DNA of 64,000 nucleotides from an uncultured Candidatus Binatia bacterium (GTDB lineage Bacteria; Desulfobacterota; Binatia; Bin18; CBDCRK01), in assembly GCA_965220955.1 (NCBI GenBank), contig CBDCRK010000011.1:26773-90772 (forward strand). Direction: 5' to 3'. Each line of letters opens with the position of its first letter. The stretch's first letter is position 1. A program made the position numbers and the translations under genes. The notes beneath the pieces were generated by a model. That model worked only from the letters and a program-made list of their open reading frames with translations, had not been told where the DNA came from and searched no databases. This document shows, in pieces, positions 62,004 to 64,000 of the stretch.

Positions 62004-64000
62004 GAGAGAGGCATGTCCTACGGAAAATGCCTATTTTATGCCTTAGTTGTCTGCTTACTCGCGTCTGGAGTTTCGGCTCAGGAAGATTCGTCCACAGCCG
62101 AGGAAGCCTCGGAGCAGGAAGCGCAAGTCGTCGAGCTCGGAGAACTACAGGTGGTCGGCTCGCGTGTGGCCGGGCGTTCAGCCCAGGATTCTCCGGTGCC
62201 AGTGGATATCATTCAGGGCGAAGACTTGCAGACGTATGGCATCCGCGACATGGACTCGCTGCTGTCGGCGACCGTGCCGTCCTACAACGTCAACCAGCAG
62301 CCTATCAGCGACGCTGCAACGCTCATTCGCCCGGCGAATTTGCGCGGGCTGCCACCGGACTCGACGCTGGTGCTGGTCAACGGCAAGCGCCGGCACCGCG
62401 CCTCGGTCATCACCTTCCTGGGAGGCGGTGTTTCGGACGGGTCGCATGCGCCCGATATTTCGGTGATCCCGTCCATTGCACTCGAGCGGGTCGAAGTGCT
62501 GCGCGACGGCGCGGCGGCTCAGTACGGCTCGGACGCCATCGCCGGTATCTTGAATTTCAGGCTCAGGGAAGACACGGAGGGCCTGTCGGTACACACAAGC
62601 TGGGGTCAGAACTACCACGGGGACGGCGATAAGGTGAACGTGGCGGCCAACCTGGGCCTGCCGTTGACCGAGAACGGCTTTGCCAACTTCAGCTTCGAGT
62701 TGATGAACGCGGACGAGACCAGTCGCAGCATGCAGCGCGACGATGCGCGGGCTCTGATCGAGGCGGGCAATGAGCACGTACGAAGGCCCGCGGCGCAGAT
62801 CTGGGGCGCGCCGGAGATCCAGTACGACTACAAGTTCTTCGGCAACCTTGGTCTCGACCTTGAGGCCATCAAGGCGCGGCTGTACGCCTTCGGTAACTAC
62901 GCGGAGCGCAAGGTGGAGGGCGGCTTCTTTTTCCGTAACCCCAACACCCGGAGCGGCGTGTTCAGGGGCGACCCTCTTGAAGACGGCACGCCCACGATAC
63001 GGGTTGCCGACCTGTCGGGGACCGGCCAAGGCTGCCCCGCCGTACCAACAAACGCCGCGGCCGACTACACGGCTGCGCTGGCGGGGTTGCCCGAGCACTG
63101 CTTTGCCTTCAACGAGCGGTTTCCGGGCGGGTTTACGCCCCGGTTCGGCGGCTATGTGCAGGACTGGAGCATCGCCTTTGGCCTGCGCGGGGAGTTGGAA
63201 AGCGCGTACGCGCTGCTGGACGGTTGGTTTTATGATGCCAGCGCCAGCTTCGGCCACAACAGTGTGGACTTCTTCATGCACAACACCATCAACCCGCAGC
63301 TTGCCGCCATGCGAACGAACATTCCGACGTCGTACCGGCCCGGCGGCTATAGTGAGTTCGACAAGGTGTTCAACCTCGACATCTCCCGGCCGTTCGACGT
63401 GGGCGTCTTCTACTCTCCGCTCAACTTCGCCTTTGGGCTGGAATACCGCGAAGAGGAGTTCGAGGTCGAAGCCGGGGGGGAGAATTCCTGGTATATAGAC
63501 GACCGTGAACACGGCCTCGCGCGGCAGGGCTTCGGCGTCGCCTCCAACGGCTTTCCCGGTTTCAGGCCGGACATTGCCGGCACGTTCGACCGGGGCAGCT
63601 ACGCCGGCTATCTCGACCTGGAGGCCGAGGTGCTCAGAGACGTCATGCTGGGCATAGCCGGGCGGTATGAGGATTTTGAACGGGTAGGAGACACGCTGAA
63701 CGGCAAGGTCTCCGCCCGCTGGCAATTTCTCGCCGGCTGGGCTGTCCGCGGCTCGGTCAGCTCGGGTTTTCGCGCCCCGACCGTGGGGCAGGCCAACGTC
63801 CGCAATGTCACGACCGCGTTTGACGGCGGCGAGCTGGCAGACCGGGCCACCCTACCTCCGGACAACCCGATTGCGGCCCTCAAGGGTGGCAAGAAGCTGA
63901 AGCCGGAAAAGTCCGTCAACTATTCCGTGGGCACCGTGTTCAGCCTGGGTGACCTGGAGGTCACCGTCGACTATTACCGGATCAAGGTGCAGGACCGCAT
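62004..64000 (+). CDS. TonB-dependent outer-membrane receptor (N-terminal signal peptide, TonB box/plug and start of barrel). Partial; continues beyond the window. Not listed in the ORF track
   Basis: My own translation of frame 0: MSYGKCLFYALVVCLLASGVSAQE ... ELQVVGSR ... RVEVLRDGAAAQYGSDAIAGILNF plug signature. The 515-aa minus-strand ORF 62178-63725 is antisense noise. Confidence 0.8.

Noticed and set aside
62178-63725. 515-aa minus-strand ORF
   Set aside because: Antisense to the plus-strand TonB-dependent receptor, which has clear signal-peptide and plug motifs. Long antisense ORFs are expected at this GC content.

Overview
This 64-kb window is GC-rich (roughly 58-62% by eye) and looks like chromosome from a diderm bacterium (it carries TolC, an RND pump, a TonB-dependent receptor and an OPT transporter). 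Housekeeping and repair genes include nth, typA, aat, alkA, a HIT protein and an unusual 1897-aa tandem UvrA-UvrA fusion. There are several flavin/F420-type LLM oxidoreductases and three MFS transporters. About 21.9-36.4 kb is a defense/toxin-antitoxin island built on a Type I R-M locus: hsdR, a GxxExxY nuclease-family gene, a frameshifted and 3'-truncated hsdM copy, a HigB/HigA-ImmA toxin-antitoxin cassette, and an intact fused hsdM-hsdS gene. Just downstream sits a standalone SIR2-like gene plus three small genes, inserted between the intact hsdS terminus and an orphan duplicate of that terminus. The island continues with a DUF2235 alpha/beta-hydrolase, two Phd/VapC pairs bracketing a DUF4325-like gene, and a VOC-family gene. 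Further right are a third VapBC pair, an orphan PD-(D/E)xK protein and a low-GC Type II R-M pair. The Type II pair sits where the permease gene of a MacA-ABC efflux operon would be expected. Non-coding content is rich. A 166-bp MITE-like element with 15-bp terminal inverted repeats occurs twice, with diverged inverted relatives at the borders of the hsd cassettes. There is a family of GC-rich REP-like palindromes and several tandem minisatellites, including a five-unit array of 22-bp hairpins. No CRISPR array, rRNA or obvious tRNA was seen. All calls rest on reading the sequence and ORF translations and recognising motifs. No database search was run.
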